A stretch of DNA of 64,000 nt from Kiloniellaceae bacterium (GCA_050043265.1 JBHJIR010000005.1:61202-125201), one strand, 5' to 3'; shown: positions 17,630 to 33,985, numbered from the stretch's first letter. The notes: generated from the letters alone by a model not told the origin. A program made the numbers and translations.

Positions 17630-18187
17630 CTAGACCTCGTCCTTGAACGTCTGTCGGCGCCGCGCCGGACCGTCGGCGCTTAGCTGCTCCACGTTGAAGC
17701 GGTCGCGCAGCCGGTCTGCGACCGGTGCACTGACGAAACTGCTGATGTCGCCGCCCAGCCGGCCGATCTCCTTGACGAAGCGCGACGAAATGAACTGCTG
17801 GCGCTCCGAGGCCATCAGGAAGACCGTCTCGATGCGCGAATCCAGCCGGGCGTTCATCGCCGCCATCTGGAATTCGTATTCGAAGTCGGAAACCGCGCGC
17901 AGGCCGCGCACCAGCAGGCTGGCGCCGACCTCGTTGCAGAAGTCGATCAGCAGGTTGTCGAAGGCGCGCACCTGCACCTCGGCGCCATGGGTGTCCATCT
18001 GGTCGACATCGTCGCGCACCATCTCGACGCGCTCGTCGATCGAGAACAGCGGCCCCTTGCCGGCATTGCGCGCAACCGCGATGACCAGCCGGCCAGTGAC
18101 CTTACAGGCGCGTCCGATGATGTCGCGATGGCCGTTGGTGATGGGATCGAAGGTGCCGGGATAAACCCCGACGAGGGGACCGCTCAT
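17630..18187 (-). CDS. coaD: Phosphopantetheine adenylyltransferase
   Basis: YPGTFDPITNGH, VRGLRAVSDFEYE, FISSRFVKE. Confidence 0.97.
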   Translation of the reverse strand: MSGPLVGVYPGTFDPITNGHRDIIGRACKVTGRLVIAVARNAGKGPLFSIDERVEMVRDDVDQMDTHGAEVQVRAFDNLLIDFCNEVGASLLVRGLRAVSDFEYEFQMAAMNARLDSRIETVFLMASERQQFISSRFVKEIGRLGGDISSFVSAPVADRLRDRFNVEQLSADGPARRRQTFKDEV

Positions 18188-18207
18188 GCTCAGGGCCTTT
18201 TTGTTGC

Positions 18208-21024
<2,817 letters not shown>

Positions 21025-21476
21025 GTGTACTGCCTTGCGAAGACGCCCGGACCCCACGCCCGGACAACGGATTGCATTGCCCCCTGGGATTTACCCGCCG
21101 GGGGCCTGAGGTCACCTAAGAAAAGCGGCCGGATCGGCCGGGAGTTTTGCGGTCCCCGGGGCGCGCTCCGCCAAGATGTCGGAAGGCCCGGAAAACCCGC
21201 AGAAATCCACCACGATTCGTTAGACTGACTATTGCAATCCCGCGCCCCGGCGACAACTCCCGCGACGGCGGGAGCGGACCAATTAAAGCTTTCATTTCAA
21301 GGAGTTAAAAAAGGCTCTCCGGCCTGAGCGCCAGACCGTCCCACCGGCGCGCGAAAGCGCGCCCGGCACCGCCCCCATAGGGCCTGCCGGCGGTCTCCCC
21401 ATAGTCTCACTGAACGCCATTCGGGTTGATTGCCGTCGGCGGCGATTTGCGCCGCCGGGTCGGCTGCCGGTGCGGG

Positions 21477-22007
21477 CTAGAACGGGATCTCGTCGTCCAG
21501 GTCGCCGCCGCCCGAGCCGCCGCCGAAGCCGCCACCAGAACCGCCGCCAGAACCACCACCGAAGCCGCCACCACCCGAACCGCCGCCGGATCCACCGCCG
21601 AAGCCGCCGCTGGAGCCGCCGTCGTCACCGTAGCCGCCCCCGCCACCGCCGTCCTGACGGCCGTCCAGCATGGTCAGTTCGCCGCGGAAGCGCTGCAGCA
21701 CCACCTCGGTGGAATAGCGCTCCTGGCCTTCCTTGTCGGTCCACTTGCGGGTCTGCAACTGGCCCTCGACATAGATCTTGGAGCCCTTGCGCAGATACTT
21801 CTCGGCCACTTCGCTGAGCTTGTCGTTGAAGATGACGACGCGGTGCCACTCGGTGCGCTCCTTGCGCTCACCGGAATTGCGGTCGCGCCAGGTCTCCGAG
21901 GTCGCCACCGACAGGTTGGCGATCTTGGTGCCGTCCTGAGTGGAGCGGATCTCAGGATCGCGGCCGAGAATTCCAACCAGAATGACCTTGTTTACGCTAC
22001 CCGCCAT
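21477..22007 (-). CDS. ssb: Single-stranded DNA-binding protein
   Basis: [14 protein letters not shown] fold, Gly-rich linker, DDEIPF tail. Confidence 0.98.
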   Translation of the reverse strand: MAGSVNKVILVGILGRDPEIRSTQDGTKIANLSVATSETWRDRNSGERKERTEWHRVVIFNDKLSEVAEKYLRKGSKIYVEGQLQTRKWTDKEGQERYSTEVVLQRFRGELTMLDGRQDGGGGGGYGDDGGSSGGFGGGSGGGSGGGGFGGGSGGGSGGGFGGGSGGGDLDDEIPF

Positions 22008-22091
22008 GCCGTCTTTCTCCAGATTCTGCGTGTTTTCATGTCCGAAAGGGGCCGCACTCTAACGCCCTGGCAGGGCCATGTCAGCAATCCC

Positions 22092-22100
22092 TTATCCACA
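22092..22100 (+). promoter_or_regulatory. Perfect DnaA box
   Basis: TTATCCACA in the ssb/uvrA divergent intergenic region. Confidence 0.55.
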
Positions 22101-22251
22101 AGGCGCCCGGGCCCAACGGGGGCTCGATTTTCGCCCTGCCTTGCCCCATATTGACCCTATCGGCGGCCGCCTGCCACCGATATCCCGAGCCATCGGTCAT
22201 CCAACGCACCCCGAGCGACGACCCCGAGCCCCGAGAGGCTGTGCCGAAGTC

Positions 22252-25175
<2,924 letters not shown>

Positions 25176-25179
<4 letters not shown>

Positions 25180-25667
25180 GCGACGTCGCCTGCCGCCTGG
25201 CCACGGCCGCGGATTTTGAAACCGTCGGCGCGCTGTTCCACCAGAATGCCCGCCACTACTTCGGCGACCGGGCGCCGTCGTTGGACGCCATCACCGCCCA
25301 GGTGCGCGGCGACGTGCTGGCGGAACATGCCAATATCGAGATCCTACTGGCCGAAGCCGACGGGCAGGCCATCGGCTTTGCCAGCTTCGCGGTGGTGCAT
25401 CCCGCCCCGGACCTGGGCGGCCAGCTGTTCCTGAAGGACCTCTTCGTCACCGCGGCCGCGCGCAGCGGCGGCACCGGTCTGACGCTGCTACGTGCCTTGG
25501 CCAGGATCGCGGTGGAACGCGGCTGCGTCCGCCTGGACTGGACGGCGGAAGACGATAACGCGCGCGCCCTCGCCCTCTACGACCGCATCGGCGCCCGCCG
25601 CCTGCCGGAGAAGATCTACTACCGCTTCGACGGCGACGCGCTGAAGGATTTCGCGGAGGGGCAGTAG
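25176..25667 (+). CDS. GNAT family N-acetyltransferase
   Basis: [18 protein letters not shown] motif A and [10 protein letters not shown] motif B; ATGA overlap with uvrA. Confidence 0.88.
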
Positions 25668-25693
25668 CCCTCGGCATTCCTCCCCCTCAAGGC

Positions 25694-25797
25694 TGTCGTC
25701 CCGGGACTAGATCCCGGGATCCCCTGCCCTGTCCGCCGAACCGGTCATCGCCTCCGGCGGGCGCCAATGGGTCCCGGCAACAGGTGCCGGGACGACA
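25694..25797. repeat. REP-like/REPIN palindromic element, family A
   Basis: Terminal IRs TGTCGTCCCGG...CCGGGACGACA with internal hairpins; nearly identical right arm at 62264-62292. Confidence 0.8.
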
Positions 25798-25849
25798 TCG
25801 AGTTGACTGGGCAAGGGCATGCGCCGCCGGAACCGACCGGGACCAGCCC

Positions 25850-28800
25850 CTAATCCGCGCCGCCTGAGGGCTGCACCTCGGGATCGGCGCCGTGCCGCAC
25901 CGGGCGCAGCCGGCGGGTGATACCGCGGATGGTGACGTAGAACACCGGCGTCAGGAACAGGCCGAAGAAGGTCACCCCCAGCATTCCCGAGAACACGGTG
26001 ACGCCCAGCGCCTGGCGCATCTCCGCCCCCGGGCCGGTGGCAAGGGCCAGCGGCACCACGCCCAGGATGAAGGCGAAGGCGGTCATCAGGATCGGCCTGA
26101 GACGCAGGCGGCAGGCCTTGACCACCGCCTCGACCAGATCGTCGCCGGCATCCTCGGCCTGTTTGGCGAACTCGACGATCAGGATGGCGTTCTTGGCCGC
26201 CAGGCCGACCAGCACGATAAGGCCGACCTGGGTCAGGATGTTGTTGTCGAAGCCGCGCAGGGTGACGCCGATCAACGCCGACAGCACGCTCATCGGCACG
26301 ATCAGAATGATCGCCAGCGGCAGGCTCCAGCTCTCGTACTGCGCCGCCAGGGCGAGGAACACGAACAGCACCGAGAGGCCGAAGATGAAGACCGCGATGT
26401 CGCCGATCTGGCGCTCCTGGTAAGCCAGTTCCGTCCACTCGAAGCCGGTGCCCGGCGGCAACGTCTGGCGGGCCAACTGCTCCATGGTGTCGAGCGCCTC
26501 GCCGGTCGATACCCCGGGCGCCGCATTGCCCTGCACCGGCACCGAAACGTACATGTTGTAGCGCTGCACCAGGTTGGGGCCGGAAACGTCACGGACCTCC
26601 ACCAGGGTACCGAGCGGAACCAGTTCGCCGGTCGCCGAGGGCACCTTCAGACGCTGGATGTCCTCGCGCTCCATGCGGAACGCCTCGTCGGCCTGTGCAC
26701 GTACCTGGTAGATCCGCCCGAAGGCGTTGAAGTCGTTCACATAGGCGTTGCCGAGATTGATCGACAGGGTATCGAAGATGTTGGGAATCGGCACGTTCAG
26801 CATCTGTGCCTTGCGACGGTCGATCTCCAGGTAGAACTGCGGCGAGGAAGAACTGAAGGTGGTGTAAACGCCGGTCACCCCGGGGGTCTGGCCCGCCTGT
26901 CCCATGATGGCATAGGCCGACTGCAGCACCCGGTCCATCTCGGCGCTGTCACGTTCCTGCAGCAGCATCTTGAAGCCGCCGGAGGTGCCGACGCCGCGCA
27001 CCGGTGGCGGCGGCACCGCGATGACGAAGGCCTCCTCGATGGATTGCAGGCCGCCGTAGAGCTGGCCGATGATGGCGCCGGCCGGCTGGCCATTGGCCAG
27101 GCGTTCCTCGAACGGCTCCAGTCCGGCAAAGATCACACCGGCGTTGGACGCGTTGGTGAAGGTGGCGCCGGAGAAACCGGCGAAGGCCACGGCGTTACGC
27201 ACACCGGGCGTGTTCTGCACGATTTCGGAAGCGCGTTTCACGACGTCGTCGGTGCGGTCCAGGGAGGCGCCTTCGGGAAGCTGAATGACGACGATGGCGT
27301 AACCCTGATCGAGGGTCGGGATGAACCCGCGCGGCGTCACCTGCAGCATATAGACCGTGCTGGCGAGCAACCCGGCGAAGATCAGCAGCATGACGCCGAC
27401 GGTGAGCTTGCGGCCGACCAGGAAATGGACCACGCGGCCGTAGCCGTCGCTCAGCTTGTCGAAGCCTTTGTTGAAGCCGTCGGCGAAATAACGCCCGATG
27501 ACGGCGAGCGGGAAGCGTGAGGGCTTGCCGCCGTGCGGCTTGAACAGGATGGCGGCCAGGGCCGGCGACAGGGTCAGCGAGTTGGCCGCGGAAATCACCG
27601 TGGCCACCGCAATGGTGATGGCGAACTGCAGATAGAACTGGCCGGAGATGCCGGGGATGAAGGCGACCGGCACGAAAACCGCGGTCAGCACCAGGGCGAT
27701 GGCGACCACCGCGGAGCCGACCTCGTCCATGGTTCGATGCGCCGCCTCGCGCGGACTGTAGCCCAGGCGCATGTTGCGCTCGACGTTCTCCACCACGACG
27801 ATGGCGTCGTCGACCACGATGCCGATGGCCAACACCATGCCGAACAGGGTCAGCATGTTGATGGAAAAACCAAAGGCCGACATGACCGCGAAAGTGCCGA
27901 TCAGCGAGACCGGAATGGCGATGATAGGCACCACGGCCGTGCGCCAGGACTGTAGGAAAATCAGCACAACCAGCACCACCAGCAGCACCGCCTCGAACAG
28001 CGTATCGTACACCGCGTCGATCGACTCGGCGATGAACTCCGTCGGGTTGTAGACGATCCTGTAGTCGATACCCGTCGGGAAGTCCTGCTTCAGGCGCTCC
28101 ATGGTCTCGATCACCGCGTCGGAGGTCTCCAACGCATTGGTGTTCGGACGCTGGAAGATCGCCAACGCCACCGCCTGTTTGCCGTTCAGATAGCTGTTGG
28201 TGACGTATTGCTTGGCGCCCAGTTCGACCCGCGCCACGTCCTGCAGGCGGATCAGGCGCCCCCCCTCGCCCGACTTCACGATGACGTCGCGGAACTCGCG
28301 GGCATCTTTGAAGCGGCCTTGGGTCGTAACCACGTACTGGAACGCCGGGCCGCCGGTGGTCGGCGGCGCGCCGATCGAGCCGCCGGAGACCTGGACGTTC
28401 TGCTCGCGCAGGGCCTCGACGACGTCGCTGGCGGACAGGCCGTAGGCCGACAGTTTCTCCGGGTTGAGCCAGACGCGCAGCGAGTATTCACGCTCGCCGA
28501 AGATGATCAGGTCACCGATCCCGTCCAGCCGCAGCAGCAGGTCGCGCACCCGATTGCGCGCGTAGTTGGAGACATAAAGCTGGTCGTAGCTCTCGTCGGG
28601 CGAGAGCATGTGGACCACCATCATCAGATCGGGCGAACGCTTGGCGGTGGTGATGCCGAGGGCGCGGACCTCCTCCGGCAGGCGCGGCTCGGCCACGGCG
28701 ACGCGGTTCTGCACCAGCACCTGGGCCTTGTCCAGGTCGGTGCCCAGTTCGAACGTGATGGTCAGCGACATCGAGCCGTCGCTGGTCGAATAGGAGGACA

Positions 28801-29038
28801 TGTAGAGCATGTCCTCGACGCCGTTGATCTCCTGCTCCAGCGGGGTCGCGACGGTGGCCGCGACGGTTTCCGCGTCGGCGCCCGGATACTGCGCCGTCAC
28901 CGAGATACTGGGCGGCGCGATCTCCGGATACTGGGCAACCGGCAGCAGGCCGAAGGAGATCAGGCCGACAATGACCATAACCACCGACAGGACCGTCGCG
29001 AAGATCGGCCGGTCGACGAAAAAGTGAGCAAAGCGCAT
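25850..29038 (-). CDS. RND efflux transporter permease (AcrB/HAE1 family)
   Basis: 1062 aa; FFVDRPIFA, GIVVDDAIVVVENVER, GLAAKNAILIVEFA, RLRPILMT. Confidence 0.97.
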   Translation of the reverse strand: MRFAHFFVDRPIFATVLSVVMVIVGLISFGLLPVAQYPEIAPPSISVTAQYPGADAETVAATVATPLEQEINGVEDMLYMSSYSTSDGSMSLTITFELGTDLDKAQVLVQNRVAVAEPRLPEEVRALGITTAKRSPDLMMVVHMLSPDESYDQLYVSNYARNRVRDLLLRLDGIGDLIIFGEREYSLRVWLNPEKLSAYGLSASDVVEALREQNVQVSGGSIGAPPTTGGPAFQYVVTTQGRFKDAREFRDVIVKSGEGGRLIRLQDVARVELGAKQYVTNSYLNGKQAVALAIFQRPNTNALETSDAVIETMERLKQDFPTGIDYRIVYNPTEFIAESIDAVYDTLFEAVLLVVLVVLIFLQSWRTAVVPIIAIPVSLIGTFAVMSAFGFSINMLTLFGMVLAIGIVVDDAIVVVENVERNMRLGYSPREAAHRTMDEVGSAVVAIALVLTAVFVPVAFIPGISGQFYLQFAITIAVATVISAANSLTLSPALAAILFKPHGGKPSRFPLAVIGRYFADGFNKGFDKLSDGYGRVVHFLVGRKLTVGVMLLIFAGLLASTVYMLQVTPRGFIPTLDQGYAIVVIQLPEGASLDRTDDVVKRASEIVQNTPGVRNAVAFAGFSGATFTNASNAGVIFAGLEPFEERLANGQPAGAIIGQLYGGLQSIEEAFVIAVPPPPVRGVGTSGGFKMLLQERDSAEMDRVLQSAYAIMGQAGQTPGVTGVYTTFSSSSPQFYLEIDRRKAQMLNVPIPNIFDTLSINLGNAYVNDFNAFGRIYQVRAQADEAFRMEREDIQRLKVPSATGELVPLGTLVEVRDVSGPNLVQRYNMYVSVPVQGNAAPGVSTGEALDTMEQLARQTLPPGTGFEWTELAYQERQIGDIAVFIFGLSVLFVFLALAAQYESWSLPLAIILIVPMSVLSALIGVTLRGFDNNILTQVGLIVLVGLAAKNAILIVEFAKQAEDAGDDLVEAVVKACRLRLRPILMTAFAFILGVVPLALATGPGAEMRQALGVTVFSGMLGVTFFGLFLTPVFYVTIRGITRRLRPVRHGADPEVQPSGGAD

Positions 29039-29048
29039 CGCCGTTCCT

Positions 29049-30236
29049 CTACTGCTGATCGGCGACGGGCGGCAGCTCGACCAGCTCCGGCGTGACGGTC
29101 GCGCCCGGGCGCACCCGCATCAGGCCATTGATGACGATCGTCTCGTCGCCGGTCAGGCCTTCGCGCACGACGCGATAGCCATGCAGCCGCGGTCCGGGAC
29201 GAACCTGCACCGGCGTCACCTTACCCTCGGCGTCGACGGAATAGACGATACGCCGGGTCTGGTCCGCGGCAATCGCCTCGTCGGGCACCAGCACACCACG
29301 GTATGGCAGAGACCCGGGAATGTTGATGCGGCCGAACAGGCCCGGCTGCATGACGAAATCCGGGTTGGGGAAGACCGCGCGCACGCGCATGGTCCCGGTT
29401 CCCTGATCGATGCGGTTCTCGGCGAAATCCAGCTTGCCGTCGAAGGGGCCGTCGCGCGCGTCGCTGAGCGTCACCTTCACCGGCAGCGCGCCGGCGCCTT
29501 CCTGCAGCGACAGGCCGCGTGAACGGGCATCGCGGGCATAGGCCAGGAAGGAGCGCGCGTCGATGTCGAAGTAGAAGTAGATCGGGTCCAGCGAGACGAT
29601 GCGGGTCAGGATGGTGTCGTCGGAAGAGACCAGATTGCCCACCGAGATGAAGTTGCGGTCGATGCGCCCACCGACCGGTGCCCGGATCTCGGTGTAGGCG
29701 AGGTCCAGCCGGGCGTAGTCGAGGGCCGCCTTGGCGCCCTGCACTTCGGCCTGGGAGGCGATGAAGGCCTGCTGGCGCTCATCGAGCGTACTGGTCGAGA
29801 TGTTGCCGCGCGTCACCAGTTCTTGGGCACGCTTCAGCTCTTTGTCGGTGTAGTCGAGTTGGGATTGGGCAATCTTCAGAGTGGCCGCGGCCTGAGAGGC
29901 CGCCGCCTGGAAGGGACGCTGGTCGATGGTGAACAGCAGGTCGCCCTTGGCAACGATGGCGCCATCGGTGAAGTGGATCTTCTGCAGGTAGCCACCGACC
30001 CGGGCACGGACGTCGACCTCCTCGACCGCCTCGAAGCGGCCGACGAACTCGTCGTCCTCGACGACCTCGCGCACCACCGGCTTGGCGACCGTCACCTTGG
30101 GCGGCGGCGGCGCGGCCTGTTGGGCCACCGAATCGTCACCGTCCCCGCAGGCGCCGAGCAGCGCCACAAGAGCCACACAGGGACCGGCTTTAACCAATCC
30201 GCGTCCAAGGGCCACGGCCCAAGAAAATCTATGCAT
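29049..30236 (-). CDS. RND efflux periplasmic adaptor (MFP)
   Basis: Lipobox-like LLGAC, VRARVGGYL lipoyl half, hairpin, IRAPVGGRI. Confidence 0.95.
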   Translation of the reverse strand: MHRFSWAVALGRGLVKAGPCVALVALLGACGDGDDSVAQQAAPPPPKVTVAKPVVREVVEDDEFVGRFEAVEEVDVRARVGGYLQKIHFTDGAIVAKGDLLFTIDQRPFQAAASQAAATLKIAQSQLDYTDKELKRAQELVTRGNISTSTLDERQQAFIASQAEVQGAKAALDYARLDLAYTEIRAPVGGRIDRNFISVGNLVSSDDTILTRIVSLDPIYFYFDIDARSFLAYARDARSRGLSLQEGAGALPVKVTLSDARDGPFDGKLDFAENRIDQGTGTMRVRAVFPNPDFVMQPGLFGRINIPGSLPYRGVLVPDEAIAADQTRRIVYSVDAEGKVTPVQVRPGPRLHGYRVVREGLTGDETIVINGLMRVRPGATVTPELVELPPVADQQ

Positions 30237-30382
30237 ACAAATATCCCCTTCGATGCCGCCCCGCCTTCCGGCGGCAAACGCCCCACCCTAGATATTCTGC
30301 ACTGCAGCAAATACAAGGTGCCCGTCGCACAGGAGGGGTTGCAATACTTGCATGGACCCGCCGGGCGCCGCAGATTTAGCCG

Positions 30383-31645
30383 ATGACCGCCCTCTTGCCA
30401 ACGAGTCCCGGGCCTACCGAGGATTCACTCCTGACAGACGCCCTGCGCAGCCAGGGGCGCGAACGGGCGCAGCCGGTCATCGACTGGCTGGCGACCATGC
30501 GCCTGCGCCAGACCCGCATCACCCTCCTGTTTGACGGGTTTTTACGCCAGTTGAGCGCCGTAGGCGTCCCGCTCCACCGCTCTACTTTGCACTTGCGGCA
30601 ACTCCACCCTCAGCTACGCGCCCGCACCGTACTGTGGGAGGGCGAGGCCGGCGGCGCCATGGAGATCCCCCGCGCCCATGGCATCGAGGTGAGCGATCTG
30701 TTCCTGAAAAGCCCGGTGAAGCTGCTCTTCGACGGCGGCGCGCCGGTTCGCCGCCGGCTCGCCCTGCCCGGCTGCCCGATCGATTTTCCGATTACCGAGG
30801 ACCTGAAAGGCCAAGGCTACACCGACTACACGGCTCGCCCATTGCCTTTCAGCACCCGCCAGATCAATACCCTGACCCTCGCGACGCGGCACGCCGGCGG
30901 CTTCAGCGATCTGGACATCGCCACGGTCGAGGCGGCCGCGCCACTGTTCGGGGTCCTGCTGGAGCTGCGCAACGCCTATCGCACCAGCCAGACCCTGATG
31001 GAGACCTATCTGGGCACCCGCAGCGCCCACAAGGTCCTGGCCGGCACCATCCGGCGCGGCGAAGTGGAGCGCATCAACGCCGTGCTCTGGACATCGGACA
31101 TGCGCGATTTCACCGGCCTGTCGATGAAACTGCCGATGGAAGAGGTCGTCCAGTTGCTGGACGACTATTTCCAGGCCATGGCCGAAGCCATCAACGCCAA
31201 CGGCGGCGAGATCCTGAAATTCATCGGCGATGCCGTGCTCGCCATCTTTCCGATCGAGGAGAAGCATGCCGGCGACCCCTGCCGCGCCTGCATGGCCTCA
31301 ATGCTCGCGGCCCGCGCGGCGTTGGACAACATCGAGCGCGTGCGCGACGAGCGGCGGGCCGCCGGCAAGCCCGATGCCCGCTGCGGCATCGCCCTGCATG
31401 TCGGCGACGTCATGTACGGCAACATCGGCGCGGCCGACCGGCTGGACTTCACGGTGATCGGCCCGGCGGTGAATCTGGTCAGCCGGATCGAGACGCTGAA
31501 CCACGACCTCTCGGTGCCGCTGGTCTACTCCGGCGCCTTTGCCGGTCATTGGCTGGGCGCAAGCCGCAGCCTGGGCTTCCACGCCCTGAAGGGCTTCGCC
31601 GAGCCGGAGGAAGTCTTCACCCTGGCCGAGGAACAGACTCCATGA
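30383..31645 (+). CDS. Class III adenylate/guanylate cyclase domain protein
   Basis: WTSDMRDFT, LKFIGDAVLAIF, GIALHVGDV.YGNIG..RLDFTVIGPAVN..SRIE; the K and D residues suggest ATP specificity. Confidence 0.92.
   Translation: MTALLPTSPGPTEDSLLTDALRSQGRERAQPVIDWLATMRLRQTRITLLFDGFLRQLSAVGVPLHRSTLHLRQLHPQLRARTVLWEGEAGGAMEIPRAHGIEVSDLFLKSPVKLLFDGGAPVRRRLALPGCPIDFPITEDLKGQGYTDYTARPLPFSTRQINTLTLATRHAGGFSDLDIATVEAAAPLFGVLLELRNAYRTSQTLMETYLGTRSAHKVLAGTIRRGEVERINAVLWTSDMRDFTGLSMKLPMEEVVQLLDDYFQAMAEAINANGGEILKFIGDAVLAIFPIEEKHAGDPCRACMASMLAARAALDNIERVRDERRAAGKPDARCGIALHVGDVMYGNIGAADRLDFTVIGPAVNLVSRIETLNHDLSVPLVYSGAFAGHWLGASRSLGFHALKGFAEPEEVFTLAEEQTP
31550..31629 (+). repeat. Direct repeat copy A (3' end of cyclase gene)
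   Basis: Aligns ungapped to 32310-32389 with 5 mismatches in 80 nt (offset 760). Confidence 0.92.
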
Positions 31646-31781
31646 ACGGAACACTTTCGGCTGCCCGAGGGCGGCGCTATGGCCTCCCGGAGAATTGCCG
31701 CCCCTGGGGTTGCAGCACCTCGATGAATTTCGCTAGCCTTTCTCCGAAGCAAAGGGCTACTAGAAGGCCCCAGGGGGAGAC

Positions 31782-32285
31782 ATGACAGCCGGATCGGACG
31801 AACATCCTGGCAGCGCGACACCACCGCGACGCTGGACATGGGCTGCGATTCTCGTAGCCATACTTCTGCTCGTGCCATGCCTCTTCGTTGGCGGCATCGT
31901 GCAGTGGCTCTACCTCGCCGCGGCCGGCCGCTACCTTTCCGGCACCATCTTTTCTTGGGTTGGCCTAGAAATCGTAGATCAAGTCTTTCTGATCTTCTTT
32001 CCCGGCGTGATCCAGGGGCTTGTTTGCGGTGTGCTCTCTATTTACATCACCTCGCTCCTCTTCAAGCGGGCCAATTACACAGCCGTTGGATACTCTTTTA
32101 TCACGGTCGTCGCCTGTCTCACTGTGCTGTCGATTTTAATGAGCTTATATCTCGAAAAATTTCTTACTCTCGATACCGTCGGCATTATTGCCACCACCAT
32201 CGGCACCATGACCGCAGCCTACTACAGCATGACCACCGTGCAGGAGAAGCAGCGCCGAAATGGTCTGGTTTCCACCTTCGAATAA
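31782..32285 (+). CDS. Four-TM membrane protein, AT-richer than its neighbours
   Basis: GGGGAG RBS; hydrophobic helices; frequent TTT/ATT/TTA/CTT codons unlike the flanking genes. Confidence 0.8.
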   Translation: MTAGSDEHPGSATPPRRWTWAAILVAILLLVPCLFVGGIVQWLYLAAAGRYLSGTIFSWVGLEIVDQVFLIFFPGVIQGLVCGVLSIYITSLLFKRANYTAVGYSFITVVACLTVLSILMSLYLEKFLTLDTVGIIATTIGTMTAAYYSMTTVQEKQRRNGLVSTFE

Positions 32286-32309
32286 GATGCCCGCTCCCGC
32301 ACCTGCCTG

Positions 32310-32389
32310 TGGCAGGGCGAAAGCCGCAGTCTGGGCTACCACGCCCTGAAGGGCTTCGCCGAGCCGGAGGAGGTCTTCACCCTGGCCGA
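32310..32389 (+). pseudogene. Direct repeat copy B: orphan cyclase 3' fragment
   Basis: Encodes [27 protein letters not shown] versus [27 protein letters not shown] in the intact gene; has no 5' part. Confidence 0.8.
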
Positions 32390-32490
32390 AACTGACCCGT
32401 CGTCAGCGGGGACCTCAACGGGTAATTGAGCGCCCCGAGGGGGAAAATCGGGGGCTTTCGGCAGCCCCGCCGCGGCGCTATGGTCCGCCC

Positions 32491-33867
32491 ATGACAGATC
32501 AGAAAACGCCCCCCATTCACGTCATCGGCGGCGGCCTGGCCGGCAGCGAGGCCGCCTGGCAGATCGCCCGCGCCGGCGTGCCGGTGGTCCTCCACGAGAT
32601 GCGCCCGGCGCGCAAGACCGACGCCCACCAGACCGACGGCCTGGCCGAACTGGTCTGTTCCAACTCCTTCCGCAGTGACGATGCGGAGAACAACGCCGTC
32701 GGCCTGCTGCACGAGGAGATGCGCCGCCTCGGCTCGCTGATCATGGCGGCCGGCGACGCCACCAAGCTGCCCGCCGGCGGCGCCCTGGCGGTCGACCGCG
32801 ACGCCTTCTCGGCGCGCGTGACCCAGCAGCTGGAGGCCGAGCCGTTGGTTACCATCGACCGTGGCGAGGTCGACGGCCTGCCCCCGGCGGACTGGGACTC
32901 GGTGATCGTCGCCACCGGCCCGCTCACCTCGCCGGCGCTGGGCCAGGCCATCGGCGCCGTCAGCGGCGAGGACTACCTGTCCTTCTTCGACGCCATCGCG
33001 CCCATCGTCTACAAGGAGTCGATCGACCTCTCCAAGGCGTGGTTCCAGTCGCGCTACGACAAGCCGGGCCCCGGCGGCGGCACGGCGGACTATGTGAACT
33101 GCCCGCTCACCGAGGAACAGTACAAGGCCTTCATCGCCGCCCTCATCGAGGGCGAGAAGACCGACTTCAAGGAATGGGAGAAATCGACGCCCTACTTCGA
33201 GGGCTGCCTGCCCATCGAGGTGATGGCCGAGCGCGGGCCGGAGACCCTGCGCTTCGGGCCGATGAAGCCGGTTGGCCTGCACGACCCGCATACCGACGCA
33301 CGGCCCTATGCCGTGGTGCAGCTGCGCCAGGACAACGCGCTGGGCACGCTCTACAACATCGTCGGTTTCCAGACCAAGCTGAAGTACGGCGAACAGGCGC
33401 GCATCTTCCGCATGATCCCCGGGCTGGAGAACGCCGAGTTCGCGCGCCTGGGCGGCCTGCACCGCAACACCTTCATCAACTCGCCCCGGCTGCTGGACGG
33501 CGAACTGCGCCTGAAGGCCCAGCCCCGGCTGCGCTTCGCCGGCCAGATCACCGGCGTCGAGGGCTACATCGAATCCGCCGCCATCGGCCTGCTGGCCGGG
33601 CGCTGCGCCGCCGCCGAACGGCTGGGCCAGGCCTTCGTCCCGCCGCCGCCGACCACCGCCCACGGCGCGCTGCTGGCGCACATCACCGGCGGCGCCGATG
33701 CCGCCACCTTCCAGCCGATGAACGTGAACTTCGGACTCTTCCCGCCGCTCACTCCACCGGAGGGCAAGCGCAAGGTGAAGCGGAAGGACCGCAAGCCGGG
33801 AATGTCGGCGCGCGCCCTGGCCGATCTCGACACCTGGCGCGGCAAAGCCGCTGCGGCAGCGGAATAG
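32491..33867 (+). CDS. trmFO: FADH2-oxidizing methylenetetrahydrofolate-tRNA-(uracil-5-)-methyltransferase
   Basis: [47 protein letters not shown]. Confidence 0.97.
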   Translation: MTDQKTPPIHVIGGGLAGSEAAWQIARAGVPVVLHEMRPARKTDAHQTDGLAELVCSNSFRSDDAENNAVGLLHEEMRRLGSLIMAAGDATKLPAGGALAVDRDAFSARVTQQLEAEPLVTIDRGEVDGLPPADWDSVIVATGPLTSPALGQAIGAVSGEDYLSFFDAIAPIVYKESIDLSKAWFQSRYDKPGPGGGTADYVNCPLTEEQYKAFIAALIEGEKTDFKEWEKSTPYFEGCLPIEVMAERGPETLRFGPMKPVGLHDPHTDARPYAVVQLRQDNALGTLYNIVGFQTKLKYGEQARIFRMIPGLENAEFARLGGLHRNTFINSPRLLDGELRLKAQPRLRFAGQITGVEGYIESAAIGLLAGRCAAAERLGQAFVPPPPTTAHGALLAHITGGADAATFQPMNVNFGLFPPLTPPEGKRKVKRKDRKPGMSARALADLDTWRGKAAAAAE

Positions 33868-33888
33868 CCAACAGTCAGCCTGCTCTGC

Positions 33889-33973
33889 TGTCATCCTCGG
33901 GCTTGTCCCGAGGGTCCAGGGCCACCGGCGTCATGGCTGCCCTGGATGCTCGGAACAGGTCCGAGCATGACGA
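33889..33973. repeat. REP-like palindromic element, diverged family A
   Basis: TGTCATCCTCGGGCTTGTCCCGAGGGTCC...GGATGCTCGGAACAGGTCCGAGCATGAC; two hairpins with complementary ends, between convergent genes. Confidence 0.75.
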
Positions 33974-33985
33974 CCGTCCTTGTTG

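Noticed and set aside
21500-21660. Repetitive GCCGCC-rich tract resembling an array
   Set aside because: It is the Gly/Ser linker of SSB, with no repeat-spacer structure. I saw no CRISPR array anywhere in the window.
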